A stretch of 64,000 bases of DNA. Source: an uncultured archaeon. GTDB taxonomy: Archaea > Aenigmatarchaeota > Aenigmatarchaeia > CG10238-14. The position numbers and the translations under genes were made by a program. The stretch spans positions 37,037 to 101,036 of the forward strand of contig CAYMPD010000002.1 in the NCBI GenBank assembly GCA_964392445.1, read 5' to 3'. This document shows positions 1-11,219 of the stretch, in pieces (position 1 is the stretch's first letter; the number at the start of each line of letters is the position of its first letter). The notes under the pieces are model-generated. The model was not told where the DNA came from. It saw only the letters and a list, made by a program, of their open reading frames with translations, and searched no databases.

Positions 1-43
1 CATTAATAACTATGTATATGCTGATAGCCCTGATCAATCAAAA

Positions 44-1576
44 ATGGGGGTTACTTCGGATCATCCATCTGGTAAAGGAGAATCAAAGATATATGCTAAA
101 TTTAATCTATCCATGATACCTGATGATTATAATCTTATAACTAGTGCTAATCTATCGTTGAGTTATGCCGAAAAGAGTGGTACTGATCAACCAAATATAG
201 GATGTTGGGAATATTATAATGATAGTTGGAGTTCTTGGAGTAGTTACAGAAAAACAGATGCCACTTGGGATATGGAAAGAAATGAACAAGTCTTAGATAA
301 TGGAGAGTTAAAAAATTTATTTGATGTTACAGAAGCAGTTAATAGAGAGTTTCAGGGAGATAAAATAATATCTTTTGGGCTTGGTAATTATACTGTTGGA
401 AGCTGGGCTTATGCTTACAATACCCACATTAGAAGCCTTGAAACAAGTTTCAAACTAACAATAAACGCTGTTAATTGTGGAAATGGTAAAATTGACGAAG
501 GAGAAACTTGTGAGAACTGTTTGGTTGATTATTTTACCCAGAATTTTGATATTAAATCTGATGTAATTTTTTCGGTTTTAGATAATTCAGAAATAGTTAG
601 GTGGTTTGTCAAAACATTTGTTTGTTCTTACAGTGGTGATGTCAGTTATAAAATAACCAATTCCTCTGGTACCTTGTTTGAATATTATGGGAATTTGGAT
701 GTTGATGCTTCGGGAGGTAATTGGACTGAGGTTAATCAGGCAGAAATACCGATTAGTCTAGAGGAAAACAAGACTATTGAGATGACTTATTCTATTGAGG
801 ATAATTTTACCAAGAACTATTACTCTTCTTATGAGCTGTTATGTAAGAAAGATACTACCAGTTGTGGATTATCCTGTAAAAAATGTCCTGAAAGGTTTTC
901 TTTTTGTGAATATAGTTGGGAATCATCTTGTGGGTCAGAATCAGGAATTTTAAAACCGGGTGAAAGCTTACCTTTGTTGATTTGTACTTCTAAGGGCAAA
1001 TGTTCTTTAAGAGGATATTACCTTGATTATAATGGAGGAGAAACAACAACCACGACAACCACTGTTGAAGACACTACCACAATCTCGATCACAACCACTA
1101 CAACTGAAACAACCACTACAATACCTGAGGAAGAATTAACGATAATTTGTCAAGAACCAACAACAGCTTGTCATGTGACTTGCAAGTCAAGATTGTGTAC
1201 CTCTGATTTGTATGAATATTGTGAATATGAATGGAGCAGTTTTTGTGGTAATATTAACAAAATAATTTATCCTGGAGATCCATCTCCTTGGATGGTTTGT
1301 AATTTAAGAGGGGATTGTGTACTAAAAGGAAAAGCATTAGAAGAAATTCCAGCTACAACCACAACTACATTGCCAGGGGAACCGGAAATTTTGTGCAGCG
1401 AAGAGACAACAAGTTGTTATCATAAATGTCCAATCTGCCCAAGCGAGTTCGATTACTGTGAGTATAACTGGATTAGTCCATGTGGAAGTCAATTAGGGAC
1501 TTTACAACCAGGCCAACACATGCCTTGGTTAGTCTGTTGGTCTAGAGGTAACTGTACTTTGATAGGATATAATTAG
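44..1576 (+). CDS. Secreted/surface protein (5'-truncated by window edge), DNRLRE-like N-terminal region plus three Cys-rich ~62-aa repeats with Thr-rich linkers
   Basis: Frame is open from position 2 to the ATG at 44. KIYAKFNLSMIP...ANLSLSY resembles DNRLRE-type domains. Three repeats of C...TTxC...C...C...YCEYxWxSxCG......PG...P.L.C...G.C.L.G separated by poly-Thr. Confidence 0.75.
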   Translation: MGVTSDHPSGKGESKIYAKFNLSMIPDDYNLITSANLSLSYAEKSGTDQPNIGCWEYYNDSWSSWSSYRKTDATWDMERNEQVLDNGELKNLFDVTEAVNREFQGDKIISFGLGNYTVGSWAYAYNTHIRSLETSFKLTINAVNCGNGKIDEGETCENCLVDYFTQNFDIKSDVIFSVLDNSEIVRWFVKTFVCSYSGDVSYKITNSSGTLFEYYGNLDVDASGGNWTEVNQAEIPISLEENKTIEMTYSIEDNFTKNYYSSYELLCKKDTTSCGLSCKKCPERFSFCEYSWESSCGSESGILKPGESLPLLICTSKGKCSLRGYYLDYNGGETTTTTTTVEDTTTISITTTTTETTTTIPEEELTIICQEPTTACHVTCKSRLCTSDLYEYCEYEWSSFCGNINKIIYPGDPSPWMVCNLRGDCVLKGKALEEIPATTTTTLPGEPEILCSEETTSCYHKCPICPSEFDYCEYNWISPCGSQLGTLQPGQHMPWLVCWSRGNCTLIGYN

Positions 1577-1855
1577 AATTTTAGTAGATTAATTTTTTAT
1601 ATAAAGTATTAAAAACGTTTATTTAACTTAGAAAACTTATTAGAACCAAGTAGAACATCTATACTAGATTATACAAATCCTTTTTATGAAAAAAACCCAT
1701 ATTATGTTTTATTAGAAGAAAATGGACAATGAGAAGTCTATGAAAGATAAACAATTCGATCAATTTTGGGAGATGAGGTGTCCTAAGTGTAATACAACCA
1801 TTGATATAGAGATACTAATAAATCAAATGATTGCCAATTCTGAAGATAAGAAAAA

Positions 1856-2125
1856 TTAAGTTAAACTAACTGAGTAATTTACACATATAGACCTACCAAA
1901 AGCACCAGCCCCCCTTATACAAGATGAACTTATTTCCCCTTCGAAAAGGGAAGAAACCTCTTCTGGACTTAAACCCCTGTCATTCAATCTCTTACCAGGT
2001 AATCCATCCATACCTATTGAATATAAAAAGGAGTCACCATTCTCATATACATGGATATAGGTACCTGATTCAAATGGAGGGTTTTCTCCTAAACCAATTC
2101 GTCTATATTTTATCATTACCATCAA
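1856..2125 (-). CDS. Hypothetical protein
   Basis: 89-aa ORF with no recognisable motif; start uncertain. Confidence 0.4.
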   Translation of the reverse strand: MMVMIKYRRIGLGENPPFESGTYIHVYENGDSFLYSIGMDGLPGKRLNDRGLSPEEVSSLFEGEISSSCIRGAGAFGRSICVNYSVSLT

Positions 2126-2171
2126 GTAGTAATAATATGAAAGCCCCCTTAAATAACTATGCGTTAAACTT

Positions 2172-2408
2172 TTAAGTAAAATCCACAGTTTTTATGCCTT
2201 CTATACCTTTTAGTTCTCTTAGAATTCGAGTGCCTTCTTCTTGAGATTCGACAGAGAGGAGTAAGTGGTATCTTGATCCATCTGCGATATGTGGATATTG
2301 CCTTCCATAAAGTTCCACTAAAGCTTCCCATACGGTTTTATTATCTCTAGACTCAGAATAGATACAATTTATTCCTAAACAGGGCCTTTTTACATCCCTT
2401 TTTTCCAT
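2172..2408 (-). CDS. Hypothetical protein (possible ACT/ferredoxin-like fold)
   Basis: 78-aa ORF; C-terminal LLLSVESQEEGTRILRELKGIEGIKTVD has a beta-alpha-beta ACT-like pattern. Confidence 0.45.
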   Translation of the reverse strand: MEKRDVKRPCLGINCIYSESRDNKTVWEALVELYGRQYPHIADGSRYHLLLSVESQEEGTRILRELKGIEGIKTVDFT

Positions 2409-2890
2409 AGAATATGACTAAATTTTAATTCTTAAATTCCCATCGTTTATTTGCAGAAAAATACAGAACGTATAAAATATAATATGGTATTTTAGATATT
2501 TATATGAGATTGATTTAGAAATTAGCAATTAATAGGAAAATTAACTTTTAAGTACGTAAAATAACCCCATGGTAAGAATAATCGAAGATCTTATAGGGGC
2601 AAATGATTGGAAGTCCCAGGGCATGAACCTATATTTACAACTTATACTGTGACTGTAGAATATATAATCGATAAAGACGGGAATATAGATCCTGAATCTG
2701 TAATAATAAGAGATTAAACCCCGAACTTAAATGCAATATATGAAGATGATGTCCTGTGTTGTATGACTTTTATGGGAGATAAATTTCTGTCATATATAAT
2801 ATACCGAAATAGTATAAAACGTTATCTAATTAGACTTTTTAGAGGTAAAGGTGTTAAATTAAAAAACAGGAATTTATAGCCATTTTTACG

Positions 2891-3247
2891 TCAATCAAAT
2901 ATTTCTTTCAAATCGGCTTTATCAATAATAGAATCTTCTTCTATCCTGATTTTTCCGTCCAAATATACTCTTCCTACAGTTCTTGACTCTCCTGGAAATC
3001 TTCCATACAGAATATCAAAATAATTAGGATTTTCCCAATTGTCAGGTATCAGACTAACATCATACTTATCTTCAACTTCTCGTTTTCTGGACTGATTTAC
3101 GTTCACATTACTTCTATTTTTAAGGAAATTGTATAGAATACTTGCACTAATTAAGAAAGCAAATCCGGCTAAAGGTGATAATAAAGCATCAAGTCCAGTT
3201 GGCATTTCCCCATCGTAATTTAAAGTTCCACTAATATCATATCCCAT
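2891..3247 (-). CDS. Hypothetical single-TM protein
   Basis: 118 aa with hydrophobic segment LLSPLAGFAFLISASILYNFL. Confidence 0.55.
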   Translation of the reverse strand: MGYDISGTLNYDGEMPTGLDALLSPLAGFAFLISASILYNFLKNRSNVNVNQSRKREVEDKYDVSLIPDNWENPNYFDILYGRFPGESRTVGRVYLDGKIRIEEDSIIDKADLKEIFD

Positions 3248-3514
3248 CTAATATAGGTCACTTGGTCCCATTCCTATCAATTAATAATTATTGGGTAAAT
3301 TTTAAATCTTCATCAGATTTTCAGAAAACCACGGACGTGTAATATAATTAGCGAAATAAGATATTGTGGTCCTTTTGGTAGAGAATCCAGTTTAAATATA
3401 CATGAAGATTTACCACCTGGGTATTTAGTATTGGGTTATAATGATGATGAAAATTGTGGACCTTTTTTTATAACATCTGTACCTCTTAGGAATAGAAGCT
3501 AATAATTAGATGAT

Positions 3515-4531
3515 CTAAAGTCCAAGTTTTAATTCATCTGATTTATATCTAACTGAGCTCATTACTGTGTTAAAGTCACCAGTAACATCCAATCTCCAGG
3601 TCTGGGTTCGTTCACCCGTCAACATATCTTTCATCCAAGTTGTTTGACTATATACAGTACCTGGTGAATGGTCTTCAGGATAATGACATCTATGGAGGCG
3701 ATCACGTCCAAATTCATATCTTTTACCTAATCCAGGTACCTCTAAAGAATGAATTGTTTTTGGTTCTACATATGCCCTACTAATAGGTTCTGGTGGTTGA
3801 TATTGTCTTAAATCTGGTTCTCTAGCTAAAAAATTTGAAAGAACTTGCGATTCTTCTTCCACTCTTTTTAAAAAAGATTTAGCATCAAATGTTGGCTCTG
3901 GTTCTAAATATGCCATACTAAGAGGTTCCGGTGTTAAAGTCCCGGCTATAGTTTGATTAATTGCACTTTGAATTTCATTTCTAGGTGTCAGTTTTGGTCT
4001 ATCTAATAAACTTCTGTATCTTTCAACAGTATCTTCTCTCATTCTTGTGAGAGCTTCATTGACATCTATACTTGTTGGTTGATATACAGGAACAACTGGT
4101 TCTGGAATTATTGGTTTGGGTAACTCGAATCCATGTAGTTCTCTATATCCAAGATCATAATTTTCAATCCCAAATCTCCTTTCGTCATAATCTGGTGTTT
4201 TTATAGCGGGAAGAGGTTCTGGTCTTTCTGGGATACCTAATACAAGTTTTGCTCGATTCAAGGAATCTAACTCAGTAGCGGTTTGAGGAATTACTCCAGA
4301 AGATAGCATATCTACCCCCTGTCTCAGTCTATGACTTTCGTATCTCATTTCAGCTCCCGCCATTCTTTCATATGGGTCCATGGCCAAAGCTGGATTAGTA
4401 GGTATGTTGTTTGGTTGCATAAACTGTCTATGTTGATCTAATGCAGGAGCCATAGACTCCATCGCACTTCTATGTCCTGATTCTACAAAATCCGATATAG
4501 GCGCACCCATGGGTAATAGATGGTTTAACAT
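3515..4531 (-). CDS. Hypothetical Pro-rich protein
   Basis: 338-aa ORF with partial internal repeats (PEPLSMAYLEP / PEPISRAYVEP); no family recognised. Confidence 0.7.
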   Translation of the reverse strand: MLNHLLPMGAPISDFVESGHRSAMESMAPALDQHRQFMQPNNIPTNPALAMDPYERMAGAEMRYESHRLRQGVDMLSSGVIPQTATELDSLNRAKLVLGIPERPEPLPAIKTPDYDERRFGIENYDLGYRELHGFELPKPIIPEPVVPVYQPTSIDVNEALTRMREDTVERYRSLLDRPKLTPRNEIQSAINQTIAGTLTPEPLSMAYLEPEPTFDAKSFLKRVEEESQVLSNFLAREPDLRQYQPPEPISRAYVEPKTIHSLEVPGLGKRYEFGRDRLHRCHYPEDHSPGTVYSQTTWMKDMLTGERTQTWRLDVTGDFNTVMSSVRYKSDELKLGL

Positions 4532-5091
4532 AAGTTATAATAAAATTTTTAATTTATTAAAGGGGTATCTAAAAAATATTTTATAATTCATCTATCTTTT
4601 AATCCAGAAACTAGCATAAAACCCCCCAACTATTAAAAAAATAATTTTAGTATTTAATAAATATTTTATAGTAGACCGTAAGTCACGAGGTATCTATTCT
4701 TGTATATTTGCCTCGCATCTAGTAATCTTAATGCTTCTTCATACCCTTCTAGTTCTCTTAATCGAATTTCGACTGTCGTTGGAGACACCTATCTAATCTG
4801 CACATGACCTAAATTCCTGGGTTTAAAATGGACTCAAATCCAAAATTAAAGTCAGTTTGTAAAAGAATGTCAAGAAAAAGAAGTAATATTGTCCCTATAC
4901 AAGGAGAAATTATTGAAAACCCATCTATAAGTAGGTTTCCAGGAAGATCTACCCGGTAAATATTTTCATAATAACTACTCTTCAGTAATATTAACATTAA
5001 ATAGAAGAAAATTTGACTTTAAGACTCCTTTGGTTTTTATATTCTTCTGAAGGCAATAATTATAACATCCTATGTACATGGGGGTGTACTT

Positions 5092-7251
5092 ATGCAGAAA
5101 ATTTCCAACCGATTGGTATCGATAGTTATGACTTCTGTGATAATTATGTCATTGATTTTCTCTGGTCCTACGCGTGCGCTTGACCTTTCTCTTTCGACTG
5201 ATAAAGAATCCTATGGTGTCGGCGAACCTGTAGAGGTTGTTATGGATATAGACATAGAAGTTGATGAGCTTGTTCCTTTTACCGATGCCAAAGTTGAGAT
5301 ATATGGCACCGAATCCTATAATTCAATGTTTACCAGTGAATGTATTTTGGATAACTTAGATGAGGGAACACACCTCGAATGTACTACACAGGACCCGAGA
5401 TTCCAGGAGGTTAAATTGGAATATATAGATGTTGAAAATCTTATTGGCAACAGAACAGCTGAGTTTAATTCTACTTATTATGAATGGGGTTATGGTTACG
5501 GGTATGGTTATGGTGAAGCAGTCACAGGCCAAATAGTACTGAGAATAACTTGGGAATTACCTTCAGACTGGTCCTCAGGTAAATACCAGACGAAGGTCAC
5601 AATTGGAACTGAAGAGGATATATTCAGAATAAGAAGAGAGTTCCCGGTTACTGAGAATTTCGAGGTCAGGAACATTGATGGTAAGATAGCTTATCTTTGC
5701 AGGGATTCTTCATGTGATTATGGGATAGAATCTGATATGATAGATTGGCTGATGGCTAAGGGATGGGATGTGGATGGTAAACCTTCTGGTGAATGGACCG
5801 AAGATGAATTGGAATTCTATGATTTGATGGTTTGTTCGGATGAATTGATAGCCTGTAAAGTGGACAATTATCCTGATGTTTATAATTCTCATAAGAACGG
5901 TATTCCATTTGTGGAAATAGGTGATTATTTTTATTTGTCTGCGGCTTACAGGTTTGATTATATTAACAGATACTTCGGCTCCCTGACAGAAGGGCATTTG
6001 TATGTGACTGAGGATGACCCTGTTACTGATGGTTATTCCGGAATGGTGAATGTTCTTTCGGATGAGAATAAGATGTTTGTGATGGATGATATTTATCTTG
6101 GCCCTGAAGTAATTGATCTGGCGGATGTTTCTAATGATAAAGGCGATACAACATTGTTTAAGGTCGATGATACTGAAGGTCATGGAAGATATGCTTACTC
6201 CGGCTGGTTCTATAAATCTGATATTGAGGATTTAACTGGTGATGGAGACGAGATACTGGTTAGATTAATTAACTGGGTTCAGTGTGAGAAGACACTTGGG
6301 TGCGGTAGATCAAATATTGATCCTGATCTGACATCACCTATTGCTTTTAATGGCCAACCCAAAGGTTTACAGGAATTCTCGACTGTTGAACTGATGGTTG
6401 AGACTAATGAGGCTGCTACCTGTAGGGGAAGTATTGATGTTGATGAGGATTATGAGGACATGAATTTCATGTTCAGTGGGAGTAGATTAACACATAATTA
6501 TATTTACAAGGACTTGTTGGATAATGGTAATCACACGGTTTATGTCCGATGTGAAGATAAGTATGGTAATGTTGCTGACACCAGTTATAGCTGGACTTTT
6601 GAGGTGGATGTTGGTATTCCCAAGAAGATAGCTTACTTATGCAGGGATGATGATTGTGATTACGGAATTGAGGATGAGATGATTACATGGTTACAGGATG
6701 AGGAATGGGAGGTTGAAGGTAAGAAATATGATGATTGGAGTGCTATAGAATTTGAACATTCAGGTTTGATATTGTGTTCGGACGAGCTTGTTGCCTGTAA
6801 GGTTGAACCGGGTTCCTTGATTTACGAGTATCATAAATTACATGGTAAACCTTTCTTGGAAGTGGGTGATTTTAATTACTTATCTGCGGCTTACAGGTTC
6901 GGTTATGTTGATAATTATTTTGGGCAGTTCAAGAGAGGCCAGTTATATATAACCCAGTCTGATCCTGTTACTGACGGTTTAACTGGTGATGTGAATGTAT
7001 TGGCGAGTAATCCCAAAATGTCACTTATTCAGGATTATTTACTTTCCTTGGAGGTCGTTGACATAGCTGATGTGGATGTTGACAATTCCAGATCTACATT
7101 GTTTAGACTTGATGATGCTGACGGTCAGGGTCGTTATGCTTATGTTGGATGGTTCTATAATTCCTATCCTTCAGATTTGACTGTCGAGGGCAGGATGATA
7201 CTGACTAGATTGTTGAATTGGGCAGTCTGTAATGACGCCAACGGATGTTAG
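5092..7251 (+). CDS. Secreted surface protein with two copies of a ~200-aa alpha/beta domain, GYGYG motif and Ig-like linker
   Basis: Signal peptide, YGYGYGYG run, two repeats KIAYLCRD..CDYGIE...WL...GRYAY.GWFY......LT..G..IL.RL.NW..C. Confidence 0.85.
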   Translation: MQKISNRLVSIVMTSVIIMSLIFSGPTRALDLSLSTDKESYGVGEPVEVVMDIDIEVDELVPFTDAKVEIYGTESYNSMFTSECILDNLDEGTHLECTTQDPRFQEVKLEYIDVENLIGNRTAEFNSTYYEWGYGYGYGYGEAVTGQIVLRITWELPSDWSSGKYQTKVTIGTEEDIFRIRREFPVTENFEVRNIDGKIAYLCRDSSCDYGIESDMIDWLMAKGWDVDGKPSGEWTEDELEFYDLMVCSDELIACKVDNYPDVYNSHKNGIPFVEIGDYFYLSAAYRFDYINRYFGSLTEGHLYVTEDDPVTDGYSGMVNVLSDENKMFVMDDIYLGPEVIDLADVSNDKGDTTLFKVDDTEGHGRYAYSGWFYKSDIEDLTGDGDEILVRLINWVQCEKTLGCGRSNIDPDLTSPIAFNGQPKGLQEFSTVELMVETNEAATCRGSIDVDEDYEDMNFMFSGSRLTHNYIYKDLLDNGNHTVYVRCEDKYGNVADTSYSWTFEVDVGIPKKIAYLCRDDDCDYGIEDEMITWLQDEEWEVEGKKYDDWSAIEFEHSGLILCSDELVACKVEPGSLIYEYHKLHGKPFLEVGDFNYLSAAYRFGYVDNYFGQFKRGQLYITQSDPVTDGLTGDVNVLASNPKMSLIQDYLLSLEVVDIADVDVDNSRSTLFRLDDADGQGRYAYVGWFYNSYPSDLTVEGRMILTRLLNWAVCNDANGC

Positions 7252-7506
7252 TGAAACAGAGGTAAAAGAATAATTTCTATGATATGGTCATACCACCGAA
7301 CAAGAGTGACAGACTTTGATATCAAGAGAAAAGGAAACAAAATCAAAGTAGAAATTAAATTGTAATAAGGTATTAAATCCTTTTATTTTTTCTAAAAATA
7401 TTTCTAAAACTTAATAGTGATTAAATAAAGTCACTAGAGAGTAGATAACACTTAAATCTTTAATCTACTATCTTATTTACATTAAAACAATTGGAGGTAA
7501 AAAAAT

Positions 7507-8613
7507 ATGAAAAAACTAATAGCAGCAATGCTAACAGTTTTAATTGCAGCGATTCCAGTAATAGCAGATGAATTTCCGAACGAAGTTCCACCAGTAGATA
7601 CTCCTCCGCAAGTTTATATGCTAAGTTCAGCATATGATATTTGTCAAGAGGATGATTCTGTAGGTGCACAACCAAATGGTTTTGATTTACAAATGGATGG
7701 GTGCCTGGAACTGGAAGATGAATGGAGATTTGAAGAGTATGCATTTACAGGTGAAAACCTGAATTATGTAGTTCTCGTCAGAGATTGTAACGGAGCAGAG
7801 GATATTTCCTATGCAAAGTTAACCGTTGATGGTGAGACTGAAGCTCTTTGTACAGAAGTCACTGGTGACTATATCGAAGATGCCACTCATGGTGGTTTAT
7901 TCGAGGGTCAAGTTCCAGCCAAATGTGGTGGATTTGCTACAGAAGGTCTAGATAAGACTTACGATAAAGTCTATGAATGTACCTTAACAGTAGAACCATC
8001 ATGGTATGGACCAAAATCAGTAAACATTGATGCATACGATCAAGCAGGAGCAGCCTCAACAATGGGAATAGCACAAAGCTGGTTCTTCAACCCAGCAGTT
8101 ATTATAGATGTAGATACCAATGACGGTGCTGACTCAATCTGGTATGAATTACCAGCAGGTCAGAACGTTGTGTTCCCAGGACAAACAACTATGTCCGGTA
8201 ACAAATTGGTAGTTACAAACTTAGCTGAGGGTGGAGTAGACCTATGGGCATTCATTGCAGCAACTGACTTTACAGACCCAACTCATTCGGGTGCTAGATG
8301 TCCAGTAAGCAATGTGATGGAAGCAGAAAACGCATTGGATTTCAGATGTAAAATTGGTACATTTGAAGACGATGAATGGGACGACATGACAAACAAAGTT
8401 AACACGGCATCATGTGGTCCAGGTAGTTGTTACAATGCTTTACCATTGTTGTACGGCTATGGTGAAACTACAAACAGTAATCTCGGTGCCAGTATGCCAA
8501 GTATAATTGGTAACTTAAAGTCAGCTGAATGTCAATTTAGACTGACGGTACCAGATGAATGTACAGGAACTTTCACAGAAGGAAAACTGCAAGTAATCGT
8601 AAAAGCTGTTTAG
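7507..8613 (+). CDS. Secreted Cys-containing surface (S-layer-like) protein, short paralogue
   Basis: GGAGGT Shine-Dalgarno, signal peptide MKKLIAAMLTVLIAAIPVIA, acidic composition; paralogous to 11220-13502. S-layer role is inference. Confidence 0.85.
   Translation: MKKLIAAMLTVLIAAIPVIADEFPNEVPPVDTPPQVYMLSSAYDICQEDDSVGAQPNGFDLQMDGCLELEDEWRFEEYAFTGENLNYVVLVRDCNGAEDISYAKLTVDGETEALCTEVTGDYIEDATHGGLFEGQVPAKCGGFATEGLDKTYDKVYECTLTVEPSWYGPKSVNIDAYDQAGAASTMGIAQSWFFNPAVIIDVDTNDGADSIWYELPAGQNVVFPGQTTMSGNKLVVTNLAEGGVDLWAFIAATDFTDPTHSGARCPVSNVMEAENALDFRCKIGTFEDDEWDDMTNKVNTASCGPGSCYNALPLLYGYGETTNSNLGASMPSIIGNLKSAECQFRLTVPDECTGTFTEGKLQVIVKAV
8080..8405 (+). repeat. 326-bp perfect direct repeat, copy 1 (inside 7507-8613)
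   Basis: Base-by-base identical to 12993-13318 (tggttcttcaacccagca...aaagttaacac); flanks diverge at synonymous positions. Confidence 0.95.
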
Positions 8614-8620
8614 CGTTTAG

Positions 8621-8652
8621 AAGGAATTCTTTCCTTTCTTTTTTTTATTTTT
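8621..8652 (+). terminator. Putative T-rich terminator, near-duplicated at 13504-13535
   Basis: aaggaattctttcctttctttttttattt directly after the stop; a similar sequence follows the paralogue. Confidence 0.5.
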
Positions 8653-8674
8653 AAGAAAAAAATACGGTGAAAAA

Positions 8675-11032
8675 ATGATGAAGAAAATACTAACAATCAC
8701 GGCCTTATTATTGTCGATTCAACTAATTCTAGCTTGTAAAACTCCTATAATTCGAAATGAATATGGTGTTCCTGTAAACCTTTACGGGGAAGGATACACT
8801 ATAATCAACGGAACAGAATATCCTGAAGAAATCAAGATGTTAAAATACAATCTCACGGTTCAAAATCTTAACGACGAAAAATTTTATCTTACATTTACTC
8901 CACTAAGCGGATTAAGTAATTATGTTTATGCGGGTACATACGAAATAGAACCTTCTCAGACCCAAAAAGTAACAATGTCAGTTTACATAGATGGTTCCAC
9001 CAAGTACGGGCAAATGTATGTCGAAGGATATTGCCAGGACGGGTTTGGAATTCCAGAAGGCTGGATGAACATGAGAATTTACGGTAGAGGAAATAGCGAT
9101 CCACAATTCTGCAGTAACAATGTTTTATCATGTGGAGTTTACCCGGATTGCCAGGACTTAACCCAGATGAACGGTTGTTATGACGGTTATTATCGGAATT
9201 ATGCGTGTGTATCTAACTCACCACAGTTTTCACAGACCTGTACGGAAACTTGTTGCCAACAATATGCAGGTAGTGACGGTTACTGTTATTTAGGAGAATG
9301 TATTAATCCAGATGATTCATGTATAGACGAATGCTTCTTTATTGGGGAGTCATGCTTGGAAGGTGATGTTTACAGTTGCATTCAACAAGAAGACGGTTGC
9401 AGGGATTTAATCAGAACAATGGACTGTGACACAGGTTGTTTCAACGGTGAATGTGTTGATGGTTCTGGTATAAGAGGAAAGATAGCGTTCTTATGTGCAG
9501 AAGAGGAATGTGATGACGACCTAGAACCAGAAGTAATATCATGGTTAAGATTAGCAGGATGGTACGTGGAAGGTAAACCTATTGATCAATGGACAGTATC
9601 TTACATAGCAGGGTTCGATGTGGTAGCATGTTCAGACCAGACCGTAGCATGTAAACCAAGCTCAAACTCAGCACCTTATTATGCTCACAAAAACTTAGGA
9701 AAACACTTCCTAGAAATAGCAGATTACAGATATGCCCAGGCAGCATTCAAACTCAATTATATCTCTAACCCATATTCAACATTAACAACTTCAAACAACA
9801 TTTACGACACAGACGGGGATATTATCATGGAAATATTCCCAAGCTCGGTTCAGATATTCCCGACAGAGAAAAAAATGACAGTAAACCCGGACTACAGGTT
9901 AGAACCAGAAGTAATGGACGTGGCAGATGCAGGAGGAGACAACGGTAAATCAACTTTATTCAAGGTAGAATCCGAAGGCAGTCAGGGAAGATATACTTAT
10001 GTTGGATGGTTCTACAGAGGAAATCCATCAGAATTAACAACAGATGGCCAACAAATACTTGACAGAACTGTTTTATGGACTTATTGTGGTGACGCTTGTT
10101 TAATAGATCCCAACAGAAATTTACCACCTGTTGCAGTAGCAGAGATAACACCTCACCCGGTTGCTTATGTTGACCAGATTGTTGAATTTGACGGTTCAGA
10201 ATCTTATGATCCTGAAGAAGAACCTTTAACTTATTACTGGGATTTCGGAGACGGTACAAACTCCGGATGGATATCCAGTCCAGTAACTACTCATGTTTAC
10301 ACAGAACCCGATACTTATGATGTCACGCTTAAGGTTAATGATGGTGAACTGGAATCAGACCCAGTCACAACCGAACTAAGGGTCAAACCACAGATCCAGA
10401 ATGCAGTGGCAGTTATATGTGCAGATGATTCCTGTAACGATAACACCGAGCAGGATGTTATAGGTTTCCTTAGGGATAATGGTTTTTACGTCAAGGGTAA
10501 ATCAGAAGGCAGCTGGACATACGAAGACTTGGGGGATTATGATTTCATGTTATGTGCTGATGCTTTGTCAGGATGTAATATCCATTCATGGTCAGATATT
10601 TACGAAAAACACATGGAAGACGGGATGGGATTCTTTGAACTTTCAGATTACAGATACCTGAGGGCAGCTGATGAATTCGGGTATATCACATGGTGGGTAG
10701 GATATGAGAAGAGTGACGATGAGATAAGAATTACAAGTACAGAAGATGATATAACCGAAGGATTCAGCGGAGTAGTGAGAATATCCAACAGTCCTTCAGA
10801 AATGGTAGGTTTATATCACAGGAATTTAGGATCATCTATCAACCTGGCTGATATAACTAACAAAGATACGTCAACAATGTTCAGGGTAGATGCTTCAGGT
10901 TTCAGAGGAAGATATGCATTCTTGGGATGGTTCTACAAGAGATCAACATCCGATTTAACACAAACAGGAGAGACATTATTACTAAGAGCTTTAAGATGGG
11001 TTCAGTGCGGGAATGTTAATAGTTGCAACTAG
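8675..11032 (+). CDS. Secreted modular surface protein: Ig-like/Cys-rich N-terminus, two ~200-aa repeats, PKD domain
   Basis: Signal peptide; PKD motif (PVA...VEFDGSESYDPE...LTYYWDFGDG...THVY..P..Y.VTL.V.DG); two copies of the domain also seen in 5092-7251. Confidence 0.88.
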   Translation: MMKKILTITALLLSIQLILACKTPIIRNEYGVPVNLYGEGYTIINGTEYPEEIKMLKYNLTVQNLNDEKFYLTFTPLSGLSNYVYAGTYEIEPSQTQKVTMSVYIDGSTKYGQMYVEGYCQDGFGIPEGWMNMRIYGRGNSDPQFCSNNVLSCGVYPDCQDLTQMNGCYDGYYRNYACVSNSPQFSQTCTETCCQQYAGSDGYCYLGECINPDDSCIDECFFIGESCLEGDVYSCIQQEDGCRDLIRTMDCDTGCFNGECVDGSGIRGKIAFLCAEEECDDDLEPEVISWLRLAGWYVEGKPIDQWTVSYIAGFDVVACSDQTVACKPSSNSAPYYAHKNLGKHFLEIADYRYAQAAFKLNYISNPYSTLTTSNNIYDTDGDIIMEIFPSSVQIFPTEKKMTVNPDYRLEPEVMDVADAGGDNGKSTLFKVESEGSQGRYTYVGWFYRGNPSELTTDGQQILDRTVLWTYCGDACLIDPNRNLPPVAVAEITPHPVAYVDQIVEFDGSESYDPEEEPLTYYWDFGDGTNSGWISSPVTTHVYTEPDTYDVTLKVNDGELESDPVTTELRVKPQIQNAVAVICADDSCNDNTEQDVIGFLRDNGFYVKGKSEGSWTYEDLGDYDFMLCADALSGCNIHSWSDIYEKHMEDGMGFFELSDYRYLRAADEFGYITWWVGYEKSDDEIRITSTEDDITEGFSGVVRISNSPSEMVGLYHRNLGSSINLADITNKDTSTMFRVDASGFRGRYAFLGWFYKRSTSDLTQTGETLLLRALRWVQCGNVNSCN

Positions 11033-11219
11033 GACCAAGTACTAATTCTGTATTCCTAATAGAAATTATATTTAGATAAGATATTAAATCTTTTTATTTT
11101 TACTAAAAGTACTACTAAACACTAATAAAATAGAAAAAAAGCTACTAAATAGTAGATTAGAGTTAAATATCTATTTTAATAATTTATCTATAACTTTAAA
11201 AGACAATGGAGGTTAAAAA

